DNA of 64,000 nt from Prorocentrum cordatum (taxonomy: Eukaryota): positions 248,001 to 312,000 of the forward strand of contig CAUYUJ010000070.1 of assembly GCA_963575745.1 (NCBI GenBank), given 5' to 3'. Under the pieces are notes generated by a model. That model had not been told where the DNA came from. It did not search any database and saw nothing but the letters and a program-made list of their open reading frames with translations. Positions 35,148 through 46,422 of this stretch are shown piece by piece. Made by a program: the position numbers and the translations under genes. The stretch's first letter is position 1, and every line of letters starts with the position of its first letter.

Positions 35148-37272
35148 TTCCCAACCATTCTGTGGTGTTGGGTCCTCGTTTTGAAGAGACGTCGCCCCGC
35201 GTTCCTCCCTCCTCCTCCTTCCTCCTCCTCCCCTTCCTCCCCCCTCCTCCCCCTCCCACACCCATTCTGGCACACCCCTCACACGTTTCGTGGCCCCATA
35301 GGGAGCTCCACCGAAGGCCCCAGTGGCTGCGCCCGCATGCGGTTCCACCCCCCATTCTGGCACACCCCTCACACGTTTCGTGGCCCCATAGGGAGCTCCA
35401 CCGAAGGCCCCAGTGGCTGCGCCCGCATGCGGTTCCACCCCCCATTCTGGCACACCCCTCACACGTTTCGTGGCCCCATAGGGAGCTCCACCGAAGGCCC
35501 CAGTGGCTGCGCCCGCATGCGGTTCCACCCCCATTCTGGCACACCCCTCACACGTTTCGTGGCCCCATAGGGAGCTCCACCGAAGGCCCCAGTGGCTGCG
35601 CCCGCATGCGGTTCCACCCCCCATTCTGGCACACCCCTCACACGTTTCGTGGCCCCATAGGGAGCTCCACCGAAGGCCCCAGTGGCTGCGCCCGCATGCG
35701 GTTCCACCCACCATTCTGGCACACCCCTCACACGTTTCGTGGCCCCATAGGGAGCTCCACCGAAGGCCCCAGTGGCTGCGCCCGCATGCGGTTCCACCCC
35801 CCATTCTGGCACACCCCTCACACGTTTCGTGGCCCCATAGGGAGCTCCACCGAAGGCCCCAGTGGCTGCGCCCGCATGCGGTTCCACCCCCCATTCTGGC
35901 ACACCCCTCACACGCTTCGTGGCCCCATAGGGAGCTCCACCGAAGGCCCCAGTGGCTGCGCCCGCATGCGGTTCCACCCCCCATTCTGGCACACCCCTCA
36001 CACGTTTCGTGGCCCCATAGGGAGCTCCACCGAAGGCCCCAGTGGCTGCGCCCGCATGCGGTTCCACCCCCCATTCTGGCACACCCCTCACACGTTTCGT
36101 GGCCCCATAGGGAGCTCCACCGAAGGCCCCAGTGGCTGCGCCCGCATGCGGTTCCACCCCCCATTCTGGCACACCCCTCACACGTTTCGTGGCCCCATAG
36201 GGAGCTCCACCGAAGGCCCCAGTGGCTGCGCCCGCATGCGGTTCCACCCCCCATTCTGGCACACCCCTCACACGTTTCGTGGCCCCATAGGGAGCTCCAC
36301 CGAAGGCCCCAGTGGCTGCGCCCGCATGCGGTTCCACCCCCCATTCTGGCACACCCCTCACACGTTTCGTGGCCCCATAGGGAGCTCCACCGAAGGCTCC
36401 AGTGGCTGCGCCGCATGCGGTTCCACCCCCCATTTCGGCACACCCCTCACACGCTTCGTGGGTGGCTCCATGGGGAGCTCCACCGAACGCCCCAGTGGCT
36501 GCGCTCGCATGTGGTTCCCCCCCATTTCGGCACACCCCTCACACGGTTCGTGGCCCCATAGAGAGCTCCACCGAAGGCCCCAGTGGCTGCGCTCGCATGC
36601 GGTTCCACCCCCTTTTTCGGCACGCCCTTCACACGTCTCGTGGCCCCATAGGGAGCTCCACCGAACGCCGCAGTGGCTGCGCTCGCATGCGGTTCCACCC
36701 CCCATTCCGGCACACCCCTCACACGTTTCGTGGCTCCATAGGGAGCTCCACCGAAGGCCCCAGTGGCTGCGCTGGCATGCGGTTCCACACCCCATTCTGG
36801 CACACCCCTCGCACGTTTCGTGGCCCCATAGGGGGCTCCACCAAAGGTCCCAGTGGCACTGCCCGCTTGCGTCCGCCACCACCCAGCACAGCCCTTGTTC
36901 CCTGCGCTTCACCCACCCAGAACAGCGCTTCGTAGCCCTATAGGGAGCTCCACCAAAGGTCCCAGCGGCACCGCCCGCATGCGTCCGCCACCACCCTGCG
37001 CAGCCCTTGCTCCCTGCCTGCGTTTCACCCACCCAGTACAGCGTTTCGTGGCCCCATAGGGAGCTCCACCGAAGGTCCCAGTGGCACCGCTCGCATGCGT
37101 CCGCCACCACGCAGCACAGCCCTTGCTGACCGCGTCTCACCCACCCAGTACATCGTGGCCCCATAGGGAGCTCCACCGAAGGTCCCAGTGGCACCGCCCG
37201 CATGCGTCCGCCACCACCCAGCACAATTGCGGCATTCACAACTGCATATGGTTGGGTCCTTCGCCAGGCTAA
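35148..37272 (+). mobile_element. Non-autonomous Helitron2/Helentron-like element, family 1 copy a
   Basis: 5' TT-CCCAACCAT with nearby GTTGGG hairpin partner. 3' ATGGTTGGG lies 16 bp from the end, then CCT-TCGCC-AGG, CTAA|TTTT. Inserted in a T run. Same head and tail at 42085/44895. Confidence 0.75.
35261..37222 (+). repeat. 90-bp satellite array (~18 units, then 3 longer variant units)
   Basis: Core GTGGCCCCATAGGGAGCTCCACCGAAGGCCCCAGTGG recurs every 89-90 bp from 35290. About 21 cores counted. Confidence 0.97.
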
Positions 37273-37860
37273 TTTTACAGTTCGCCTTGGGTTTTCCCTA
37301 GGGAAAAAGGGGCCTCGTTCCTTACTTAGGGTTCATTAGGTCCACGTCCCGACTGTAGGTCTTTCTACCGAAATCGAAGCACTGGCCCGAAGTATAGTGG
37401 ACGAGAAGCTGCACAACGTAAACTGCTCCGCGATCGGAGACGCATGCCTCAGGGCGGCCGGAAGTTTCTAGCTCTGTGGTGTGGGGAGCCTTGAGACGGG
37501 GGTCCATGCAGGCGGGGGTTAGCCATAGCACCGGATCCTGCAGGATCCTGCAAAGCCAGGGCCGCATTGACCCAGCCTAGCGCGCAGGATCCTGCAGTAT
37601 CTTGCAGGATCCTGCAAAGCTCGATACCCGGGTTTGATCTGACCCGGGTCAGTTCAGTATCGTTTAACCGATTCTTATCCCGATTCCCATCCCCATCCCG
37701 GTCCCCACCATCCCACCACCCCAGTTGGGGATATGCCCCTCGAAGCCCGAAGGGGACCGCCTACGTCCCCTTCTCGGGGGTAAATCGGCCAGTGGGACCA
37801 GGCCACGCTGGTGGGGATGGGGAGTGGTTAAGCGATGCTCAGCGTTGACCCGGGTCAGTA

Positions 37861-38023
37861 CAGTGCCGTTTTTAATACATGCTCCGCGTGCGGATCATGT
37901 ATTAAACATGCAGGGATTTAGTATTAAAAGCAACGAGGAGTTCATGCATACATCTATTCATAAATTAAACATGTTTTAAGAATCTCATATGTTTAGAAAT
38001 CCCATGCATTAAAACCTGCCCTG
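37861..38023. mobile_element. AT-rich Tc1/mariner-type MITE (163 bp, TA TSD)
   Basis: TA|CAGTGCCGTTTTTAATACATG ... CATGCATTAAAACCTGCCCTG|TA (17/21 TIR match). Confidence 0.8.
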
Positions 38024-38195
38024 TAGACACCCGACGGTGGTAGGCGGGGGCACAGACTGTCCAGTCGCCCTGGGGCAGGCGTCCCCGGCGGCGGCACGGT
38101 TCGCTCCAGCACCGCCCCTTTTCGCCCGCCGAGAGGCCCAAAATGCCCCTCCTGCGTCCAGCGCGTGGCCCCCGGCTTCGCGCCCTGGCTGCACG

Positions 38196-38552
38196 TGACG
38201 AACGAACAACACACACCCATACCCATGGGGAGCTCGTTGGGAGGAGGACCGGCTATGGGCATGGGTGCGGGTTGTCGGACCCTGGGGAACGCTCCCGTTC
38301 GAGCGGGGACCCCCATCCGACAACACGCACCCATAGCTCAGGAGGAAAAGAAACACACAGACACAATTAATCATAGATCCCCCAGAAAAGATGGGAAAGT
38401 ATGGGAAGTGGGGGGGAAGACAGAAGCCCAGAAAATATGGAAAAATATAGGGAATCTGTTTATTTGTGTGTATTTATTTGTGTGTCCTGGGGCCCCTTCA
38501 ATAGCCCTCTTCGATCCCCCTATGGGTATGGGTGTGTGTTGTTAGTTCGTCA
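38196..38552. mobile_element. MITE family B copy (inverted relative to 14131) interrupted by family A
   Basis: TGACGAACG...TTCGTCA. The body is the reverse complement of 14131-14323. Confidence 0.88.
38338..38500 (+). mobile_element. MITE family A, copy 7 (163 bp), TSD ATAGC
   Basis: ATAGC|TCAGG...CTTCA|ATAGC. The empty site is visible in the family B copy at 14131. Confidence 0.95.
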
Positions 38553-38664
38553 TGGCCCGTGTCCCTGCTCCTCGGCCCTCGGCCTCTCGGCATCGTCTCA
38601 CAAGCCCCGTATCCCATCCCCAGCTCCGTCTAGACTACCAGTTTACCACCCCAGTTGGGTGTGA

Positions 38665-38785
38665 ATATATATCTATATATATATATATACATACATATAT
38701 ATACACACATATATATGTATATATGTATATATGTATATATGTATATATATATATACACATATATATATATATATATATATATATT
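38665..38785. repeat. (TA)n/(TATG/TACA) microsatellite
   Basis: Read directly from the sequence. Confidence 0.95.
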
Positions 38786-40007
38786 ATGGTCGATGACATT
38801 CCACTCCTGCCTGCGTCATGTTGTCACCCATCCGCCTGCCGCTGCGCGCGTGTGGCTCAGTAACTTTTGCACTTCCAGGGTGGTGGTGGGCGCAGCTGAC
38901 TCCGGAGCGCGCGGTGCGCCCCGGCCGTCTGGACAAACGAGGCGCTTGCTCCGTTCGCGCCGCCGCGCGAGGCCAGACGAGAGTTGGAACGACCCCGCGA
39001 GCATGATCCTCCGGAAAGCGAGCGTCGGCAATTTCCGTCGGGCGTCGAATCCCGAAGAAGACATGAGTTCTTCTGCCTTAAACTCAAACAGTGGACGAGG
39101 GTCCCCGCGATGGCGTGATCACGGATCACGGGAATGTGTAATCGATTGATCCGTATAGGGGAGCCGAGCAATAACAGGACCACAACCAAGTCTGTCCCGG
39201 AGGAAAGTGCGAACGTGCGATGGTGCACCCTGGCGATACATGGACAGACCCAGAGGTGCATGTCAACCGTTCAGCCAGAGCCCGGCAGAGAGCCTGAGAA
39301 AGATGCTGCGACTACCCGCCAGTCTTTGAAAGTAGGTATTTTTGGAGCCCCAAATCCCAATTTGCTACAGGTGCCTTCCTACTTGAAGTGTCGAGTGGTT
39401 GTCCCTTTATTTCCCCATCAGGGGGCGGGCGGAAGGTCAGTCTCTTTCCAACGCCTTTCTGCTTCATGTTTCTACCAGCTTCTTCCAACCGACGAGTAAG
39501 CATGATCTCAATACAGAAAGCCTGCTGGCAGCCCGCGCGCCGAGGCGGGAATACGGCGGAGTCGTGCACAGCAGATGTTGGCCTGGGCCTGTGTGAAGGA
39601 ACGCCCCGGAAGCCGGCCCAGCTGGCTTAAACGATCGTCTCGTTGATCGCATGTTCGGCGGTGTGTCCTTGTGCGTCCTGCTCGTGCCTCGCCAGTCCGT
39701 GTGCGCAACGCAGCACGACACAGCCCCGATCACTACCATCGACATCTCAGCACTGCCACTGGCCATCGCCCGATCGAGGTCCCTTTTGAAGCGTTTCCAT
39801 GCCTCGCAATTCTGAATCCTGTTCTGGGCTGGTGGTTCGATCATGCTCTGATCGCATTTTCGGCGGTGTGTCCGCGTGCGTCCCACTTGTCTCGCGTCCT
39901 GGTGATTCGTGGCGGGTCCCACTGTAGGGAGGGCGTGTCCCGGTTCGAGGCGCCGCAAGAAGGCCGAGGAGCCGATCAAGGCAGGGGCCGTACTCTGCTA
40001 TGTAAAC

Positions 40008-40190
40008 CTGATGACGTTGGGCTCCAGTTTGACGTCGCACAGCTCTCTCAATAAGTCCACCGCATGTCGCCAGTGACCGTCTTCCGCACACGCGCTGATT
40101 CCAGCACTGAGGCTGATAACGGTCGGATCCGGTCGCCGCCCTTCTGCCATTCCGCCCAGCAGAGACGGTGCCTGCTGCTGCCGAGCCCAG
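40008..40190 (-). pseudogene. Pentatricopeptide-repeat (PPR) exon or pseudo-exon, ~1.5 motifs
   Basis: QQAPSLLGGMAEGRRPDPTVISLSAGISACAEDGHWRHAVDLLRELCDVKLEPNVI matches the 35-aa PPR pattern. Similarity stops at CAG|GT (candidate donor at 40008/40007). Confidence 0.75.
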
Positions 40191-40345
40191 GCGCCTGGTC
40201 CCCCGCGCCCGCCGTGCCCCTGCAGCCCGCGGTGCCGCCGCCGCCCGTGCTGGCGGCGGGGCCGTGGCCGCGGGGGCAGCTGCAGCCCTGGCCGCAGGAT
40301 GCGGCCGGCCTCCCCTCCCGGGCGATCGCAAACATGGACCAGGGG

Positions 40346-40513
40346 TCGGAGGGCACCAACTATACACCAACACCGATCCTGGCCCAGGATCACCCTGGGC
40401 CCAGGATCGGTGTATATGCCTTCTTGCGCAAGGCAGGAGGGCGTATACACCGATCCTGGGCCCAGGGTGATTCTGGCCAGGATCGGTGTTGGTGTATAGT
40501 TGGTGCCTTCCTA
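40346..40513. mobile_element. Fold-back MITE family G (168 bp); diverged relative ~62258-62412
   Basis: ~70-bp arms GGCACCAACTATACACCAACACCGATCCTGG...CCAGGATCGGTGTTGGTGTATAGTTGGTGCC. Flanks AGGGG/AGGTG. Confidence 0.88.
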
Positions 40514-40730
40514 AGGTGGGGCGCGGATAAGCGACGGGTCTCACGTTGTTCCAACCTACTTCAGCCTTGCTCACCAGAAAGACCTTCGGGCACCAAGGAA
40601 GTACCAAAGCTGGAGGGTGTTCACGTGTCGGGCCTTGGGAGCCGGTACTCGTTCGACACCCTTTCGGTACTTTTCGGGGTGCTCGAAACTATTTCCGGGA
40701 TGTGGTCTTGAAGTGCGATGGGAGCAACAT

Positions 40731-42005
40731 TCAAGGGGCCCAAGGACACACAAATAAATACACACAAATAGAAATATTCACATATTTCAAATATGTTCTG
40801 GATTTTTGCCTTCCCGCCCAATTCCCATATTTACCTAACAGCTTTTGCTGATAGGTTTCTGCTGGTGTCAAAAGAGAGCATCATGACTCCTCAGGAGGGT
40901 CGGGGCGGGTGCCGGGGAGGAGAACCGGGAATCGTTTTTCGCCAACAGTCACACACTTCGTGCTCTTCGACCTCCCAGAACTCCACTCCCAGGCCACATT
41001 CTGGAGAACCGGGAACAGAGCCGGGTTCGCTTTTCGCCAACAGTCACACACTTCGTGCTCTTCGACCTCCCAGAACTCCACTCCCGGGCCACATTTTGGA
41101 GAACCGGGAACAGAGCCGGGTTCGTTTTTCGCCAACAGTCACACACTTCGTGCTCTTCGACCTCCCAGAACTCCATTCCCGGGCTACATTTTGAGTGCCC
41201 GGAGCCAACTGTAGGCCATTTCGTGCTCTTCGAGTTCCCAGAACTCCATTCCCGGGCCACATTTTGGATGCCCGGAGCCAACTGTAGGCCACTTCGTGTT
41301 CTTCGATTTCCCAGAGCTCCATTCCCGGGCTACATTTTGGATGCCCGGAGCCAACTGTAGGCCACTTCGTGCTCTTCAAGTTCCCGGAACTCCATTCCTG
41401 GGCATGATTTTGAATGCCCGGAACCAACTGTAGGCCACTTCGTGTTCTTCTAATTCCCAGAACTCAACTCCTGGGCTACATTTTGAATGCTGAGGCAGGC
41501 TGATGCTGCGGCCGAGGCAGGCTGAGGCTGAGGCAGGCTGAGGCTGAGGCCGAGGCTGAAGGCAGACTGAGGCTGAGGCTGAAGCAGGCTGAGGCTGAGG
41601 CTGAGGCTGAGGCAAGCAGGCTGATGCTGAGGCAGGCTGAGGCTGAGGCTGAGGCTGATGCAGGCTGAGGCTGAGGCAGGCTGAGGCTGAGGCCGAGGCT
41701 GAAGGCAGACTGAGGCTGAGGCTGAAGCAGGCTGAGGCTGAGGAGGCAGGCTGAGGCTGAGGCTGAGGCAGGCTGAGGCTGAGGCTGTGACTGCGACTGC
41801 CGTTGCCGCTGCGACTGTCATCGCGAATGCGACTACGACTGCGAGAACAGCAGAATTCTACAACTGGATTTTCATCTTAATCTTAAGGGGAATGCTTGCA
41901 GATATGCTTCTACATATCGCTGTTAGGTTGCTTTGCAGGGATAATTTCCCATATTTTCTTGGGGATTGACGATTAATTGTGTCTGTGTGTTTTTTCCCCT
42001 CCTGA
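40731..42005 (-). mobile_element. MITE family A copy split into 40731-40830 and 41945-42005
   Basis: The halves rejoin to one reverse-complement family A unit. Outer flanks AACAT/AGCAT. Confidence 0.85.
40831..41944 (+). mobile_element. Non-autonomous Helitron2/Helentron-like element, family 2
   Basis: 5' TT-ACCTAACAGC-TTTT-GCTGATAGGT hairpin. 3' GCTGTTAGGT (41919-41928), then TGC-TTT-GCA, GGGATAA|TTT. Internal ~70-97-bp tandem array (40920-41490) and (GGCTGA)n (41488-41787). Confidence 0.8.
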
Positions 42006-42205
42006 AGCATGAGACGGGTCCCGTTTCCCGTGGGACATCGCGGACTTCCGCCGCCGAGCGAGAGGCGGCACCGGCCGCATTTTTCCCCAACCATCTTGTG
42101 TTGGGTCTTCGTTTTGAAGAGACGGCGCCCCGAGTTCCTCCTTCCTCCTCCCCTCCTCCCTCCTCCCTCCCCCTCATCCTTCTCCCCCTCTTTCCATCAC
42201 CGCCC

Positions 42206-42246
<41 letters not shown>

Positions 42247-42247
42247 G

Positions 42248-42295
<48 letters not shown>

Positions 42296-42348
42296 CCGTT
42301 ATCATCCCCATCATCATCATCATCACCACCATCATCATCACCATGATG

Positions 42349-43351
42349 AGAAAGAGCGTGTTCTACCGCTGCTGGCGGAAAACCAGGGGGGGTCACTACC
42401 GGTTCGAACCCCACCCCCCCCCCCCCATGAAAAGGGGGGGGGGGTCCTACCTTTCGAACCCTCCCCCCCCTCCCCTGAAAAACCGGGGGGGTCACTACCG
42501 GTTCGAACCCCCCCCCCCTTCGAAAACCGAGTGGGGGTGCGGACAGTGGTGGGGACGGTGTTGGTGGGGACAGTGGTGAGGGGATAGCGGGACAGTGGTG
42601 GGGACAGTGGGACAGTGGGACAGTGGTGGGGACGGTAGTGGTGGGGACAGTGGTGGGGACAATGGTGGGAACAGGGGGGGACAGTGGACAGTGGTGGTGA
42701 CGGTGGTGGTGGGGACTGGTGTGGGGACAATGGGAATGAGGTGGAAACAGTGGGACAGTGGAGGGTACAATGGTGGTGGGGACAGTGGTGAAGGCGGTGG
42801 CGAGGACGGCGGTGGGACAATGGGACAGAGGTACAGTGGGGACAGTGGTGGGGAAAGTGGGGACAGTGGTGGGAACAGTGGCACAGCTCAGTGGGACAGC
42901 GGAGGAGTCAGTGGGACAGTGGGGACAGTGGGGATAGTCGGGCAGTGGTTGGGGCCGTGGAGACAGTGGGGAGAGTGGAACCGTGGTGGATACAGTGCTG
43001 GGGACAGCGGGGACAGTGCGACAGTGGTGGGGCCACTGGTGGGGACAGTAGGGGCGGTGGTGGAACCAGTGGGGACAGCGGTGGTGAGGACAGTGGTGCT
43101 TGGAACACCAGTGGGGGATGTGATGCGGACGGTGGTGGGGACCGGGAGTCGTTTGCTGGCGGTGAGTANNNNNNNNNNNNNNNNNNNNNNNNNNNNNNNN
43201 NNNNNNNNNNNNNNNNNNNNNNNNNNNNNNNNNNNNNNNNNNNNNNNNNNNNNNNNNNNNNNNNNNNNGGAGGGGGGGGGCGACCCCCGGGCTCCGGAGG
43301 AAAAGGTTGGCAATTTTCCACAGTAAATCGGCGGTGGATCACGCTCTCTCC
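42349..43351. mobile_element. TIR element with 6-bp flanking duplication ATGATG, containing a (GGGACAGTGGT)-type satellite
   Basis: AGAAAGAGCGTGTTCTACCGCTG vs reverse complement GGAGAGAGCGTGATCCACCGCCG (18/23). It splits the (CAT)n tract. True length is unknown because of the gap. Confidence 0.7.
43169..43268. other. Assembly gap (100 N)
   Basis: Run of N. Confidence 1.
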
Positions 43352-43365
43352 ATGATGAACACCAC

Positions 43366-43422
<57 letters not shown>

Positions 43423-43519
43423 TATCATCATCATCATCATTATCATCATCATCATCATCATTGTCGTCGTCGCCGCCCTCGTCATCGTCATCATCATCAT
43501 CATCGTCATCATCATCATT

Positions 43520-43568
<49 letters not shown>

Positions 43569-44929
43569 CACAGCTTCGTGGCCTCACAGGGAGCTCCACC
43601 GAAGGCCCCAGTGTGGGGGGGGGGAGTCGCATGCGTCTCCCTCGCCTCGGACGTCGTTTCGTGGCCCCACAGGGAACTCCACCGAAGGCCCCAGTGGGGG
43701 GGGTGGGTTCGCATGCGCCCCCCCCACCCAGGACAGCCTTTCGTGGCCCCGCGGGGAGCTCCACCGAAGGCTCCAGGGGGGGGGGAGTTGTCGCATGCGT
43801 CCTCCCCAAACAGGACAGCGTTTTGTGGCCCCATAGGGGGGCTCCACCGAAGGCCCCATTGGGGGGGGGGGGGGGGGGGGCGCATGCGTCTCCCCCACCC
43901 AGGACAGCGCTTCGTGTGGCCCAGAGGGGGCTCCACCGAAGGCCCTTGTGGGGGGGGGGGGGGGTCGCATGCGTCCCCCCTGCCCAGGACAGCGCTTCGT
44001 GGCCCCATAGGGAGCTCCACCGAAGGCCTCAGTGGGGTGGGGGGGGGCGCTGCCCCACCCAGGACAGCGTTTCGTGGCCCCATAGGGAGCTCCACCGAAG
44101 GCCCCAGTTGGGGGGGGGGGGGGGGGCGGGTCGCATTGCGTCTCCCCTACCCAGGACAGCGCTTCGTGGCCCCATAGGGAGCTCCACCGAAGGCCCCAGA
44201 AGGGGGGGGGGGGGGGCGCATGCGACTCCCCCACCCAGGACGGCGCTTCGTGGCCCCATAGGGAGCTCCACCGAAGGCCCCAGTGGGGTGAGTCGCATGC
44301 GTTTCCCCCACCCAGGACAGCGTTTCGTGGCCCTCTGGGAGCTGCGCTGCGCCCGCAGCCTTGGACACTGGAGTGCGCGGGCAAAGATGCGTCGAATTGG
44401 GCGTCGACATGCATGCGCGTAGACTCACTCGCACGCAGACTCATGCACAATCAGACCCACTCGTGCTCACACTCGCCCGCTCTCAGGCTCTCGTTATCAG
44501 ACCTATCGTCTTCTTCCGTGTTGCGTACCCCGCCACACATCGGCGCGCCCGCGCCCTTCACACGGTTCTTGGCCTCATAGGGAGCTCCACCGAAGGCCCC
44601 ATTGGCAGGGTCCGCATGCCGCCCCCCGCCCATTTCGGCACACCATTTGCACGCTGCGTGGCCCCATCGGGAGCTCCACCGAAGGCCCCAGTGGCAGGGT
44701 TCGCATGCGTCCGCGCCACCCAGTACAGCGCTACGTGGCCCCATGGGGAGCTCCACCTAAGGCTCCAGTGGCTGCATTCGCATGCGTTTCCCCACCCAGG
44801 ACAGCACTTCGTGGCCCCATAGGGAGCCCCACCGAATGCGCTGTTCACAAAGAGTGTACTCACAACTGCATATGGTTGGGTCCTTCGCCAGGCTATTTTT
44901 TTTGGGGGGGGGGCACCTCCCCCCCGAAC

Positions 44930-45490
44930 CATGGATCCATGGATCGCTGATCCGGGTTTGCGCCAATTCTGGCGAGTGGATCCATGGATCGCTGATCGCT
45001 GATCCATTCTGCACGAACGGAATGGGCACGGAAAGAATGGGTACGATGCCCAACTGCAGCTCCTTTTCATTCTGAACAGGTCTCGCTGTCCGCGCCGCCG
45101 CGGCCTGTGTCCATTCGAAGGAGGAGGCCGCTTGCCCAACAGCGGCCGTTGTTGGTTTGGGACAACATTTGTTGTTGGGCATTGTACCCATTCTTTCCGT
45201 GCCCAGGTCGGGCGTCCAAATCCATGGCGACCGCGCGCCAGCTCCATGAATCGCCGATCCGTGTCTGCGCCACTTCTGGCGAGTGGGTCCATGGACCCAT
45301 GGATCGCGAATCACCGATCCATGAATCGCCAATCGCTGATCCATGGATCGCTGATCGCTGATCGCTGGTTGTGGATTCATGGATCCATGGATCGCTGATC
45401 GCTGATCCATGGATCGCTCATCGCTGATCCATGGATCGCTGATCGCCGATCCCTGGTTGTGGACCCATGGATCGCTGAGCGCGGATCCCT
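44930..45490. repeat. GATCCATGGATCGCT(GATC) palindromic minisatellite clusters
   Basis: Read directly at ~44930-45008 and ~45243-45490. Confidence 0.85.
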
Positions 45491-46250
45491 GGCGCCCTTT
45501 GCGCCAGTCCCGTGCATCGCGGAGCCGTGCTGGCGCGCCCCCGGGGCCCCCGGGGCCCGCTCCCTTCTTTCGGCCACGTGCAGAGGGCCCCGGGCGGGGG
45601 CCGAGGCCTCCCGGCGGCCCTGCCCTCAAGCAGTGGCGCAGCGTCCTGGCTCGCCTATGGCCCTGCCAAACAGTGTTTTAAGAATTATTTGTGCTTCCCA
45701 CGAACTGTTCGCAGAACATTTCTGGTTGGGACGGTCTTGTTATAACGCATCGGGCTTCTGTTCTAAGAACTTGGTTTCTGTTCTTAGAACACTGCTGGGT
45801 TCTAAGAACATGTCGTGGTGGGGCTATAGGAATGCCGCGACGGTCGGTCCCTGCTCAATCCCTGGGCCCACCACGGAGTGTCCCGAGAGCCCTGCTGGTG
45901 GCCTGCGCGGGGTGCTCTCTCAGAGAGCAGCTCTGGCCGAGGCCGCCCCGTTTTCACACGTCGGGCTTGCGTTCCAAGGCCAGCGCTCTTGTCTTCGGGT
46001 GCGTCTTTGGGTTCTGCGAACCTGTCGCGGTAGGCCTGTAGGACTGCTGGGACGGTCGGCCCTTGCTCCCGAGGGGGGGAAGGCCGATCGCCGATCTGAT
46101 CGGCGACGTATCGCCAGTTGCATGTCGAAATGTCCATCTTCGGCCCATCGTTGACGGCTTTTGCTGGCCAGCGCCGCTTGAAAACGCCAACTTGGCCCTC
46201 CAAGGCCCTTGCATCCTTACCGCGCATCCTGATTTTGCGGCCTGACTGTA

Positions 46251-46422
46251 TCGGGGGTGGACAGAACCCCCAACAGAGACACGTCGATTAGTCAAGTGTC
46301 CGTTTTCGGTTTTCGAGAGGGCGCCGTGGCCGTTATTTTCCAGGCTTGCGCCCGCCAGGTTTGGGCCCGAAGTCGTTTTCACTAAACCGAGTTTTACTAA
46401 AGGGAGGTCTGTCCATCCCCGA
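46251..46422. mobile_element. MITE family F (172 bp), TSD CTGTA
   Basis: CTGTA|TCGGGGGTGGACAGAACCCC...GGGAGGTCTGTCCATCCCCGA|CTGTA. Homologue at ~14575-14905. Confidence 0.88.

Larger units (their letters stand above)
35087..37355 (+). mobile_element. Tc1/mariner-type MITE family D split by a 2.1-kb insertion
   Basis: TA|CAGTAGGG...CCCGACTG|TA. The halves rejoin to match the copy at 7893-8068. Confidence 0.75.
42085..44895 (+). mobile_element. Helitron2/Helentron-like family 1, copy b (spans the gap)
   Basis: Head CCCAACCAT...GTTGGGTCTTCGTTTTGAAGAGACG and tail CACAACTGCATATGGTTGGGTCCTTCGCCAGGCTA|TTTTT. Contains (CAT)n and a diverged satellite array at 43570-44835. Confidence 0.72.

Noticed and set aside
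35141..36943. 350-600-aa ORFs with 30-aa repeats on both strands
   Set aside because: They are translations of a 90-bp satellite whose unit length is a multiple of three. Open in several frames, with no coding evidence.
40920..41490. Possible CRISPR or regulatory array
   Set aside because: Whole units repeat with no unique spacers. It is the internal minisatellite of the Helitron2-like element.
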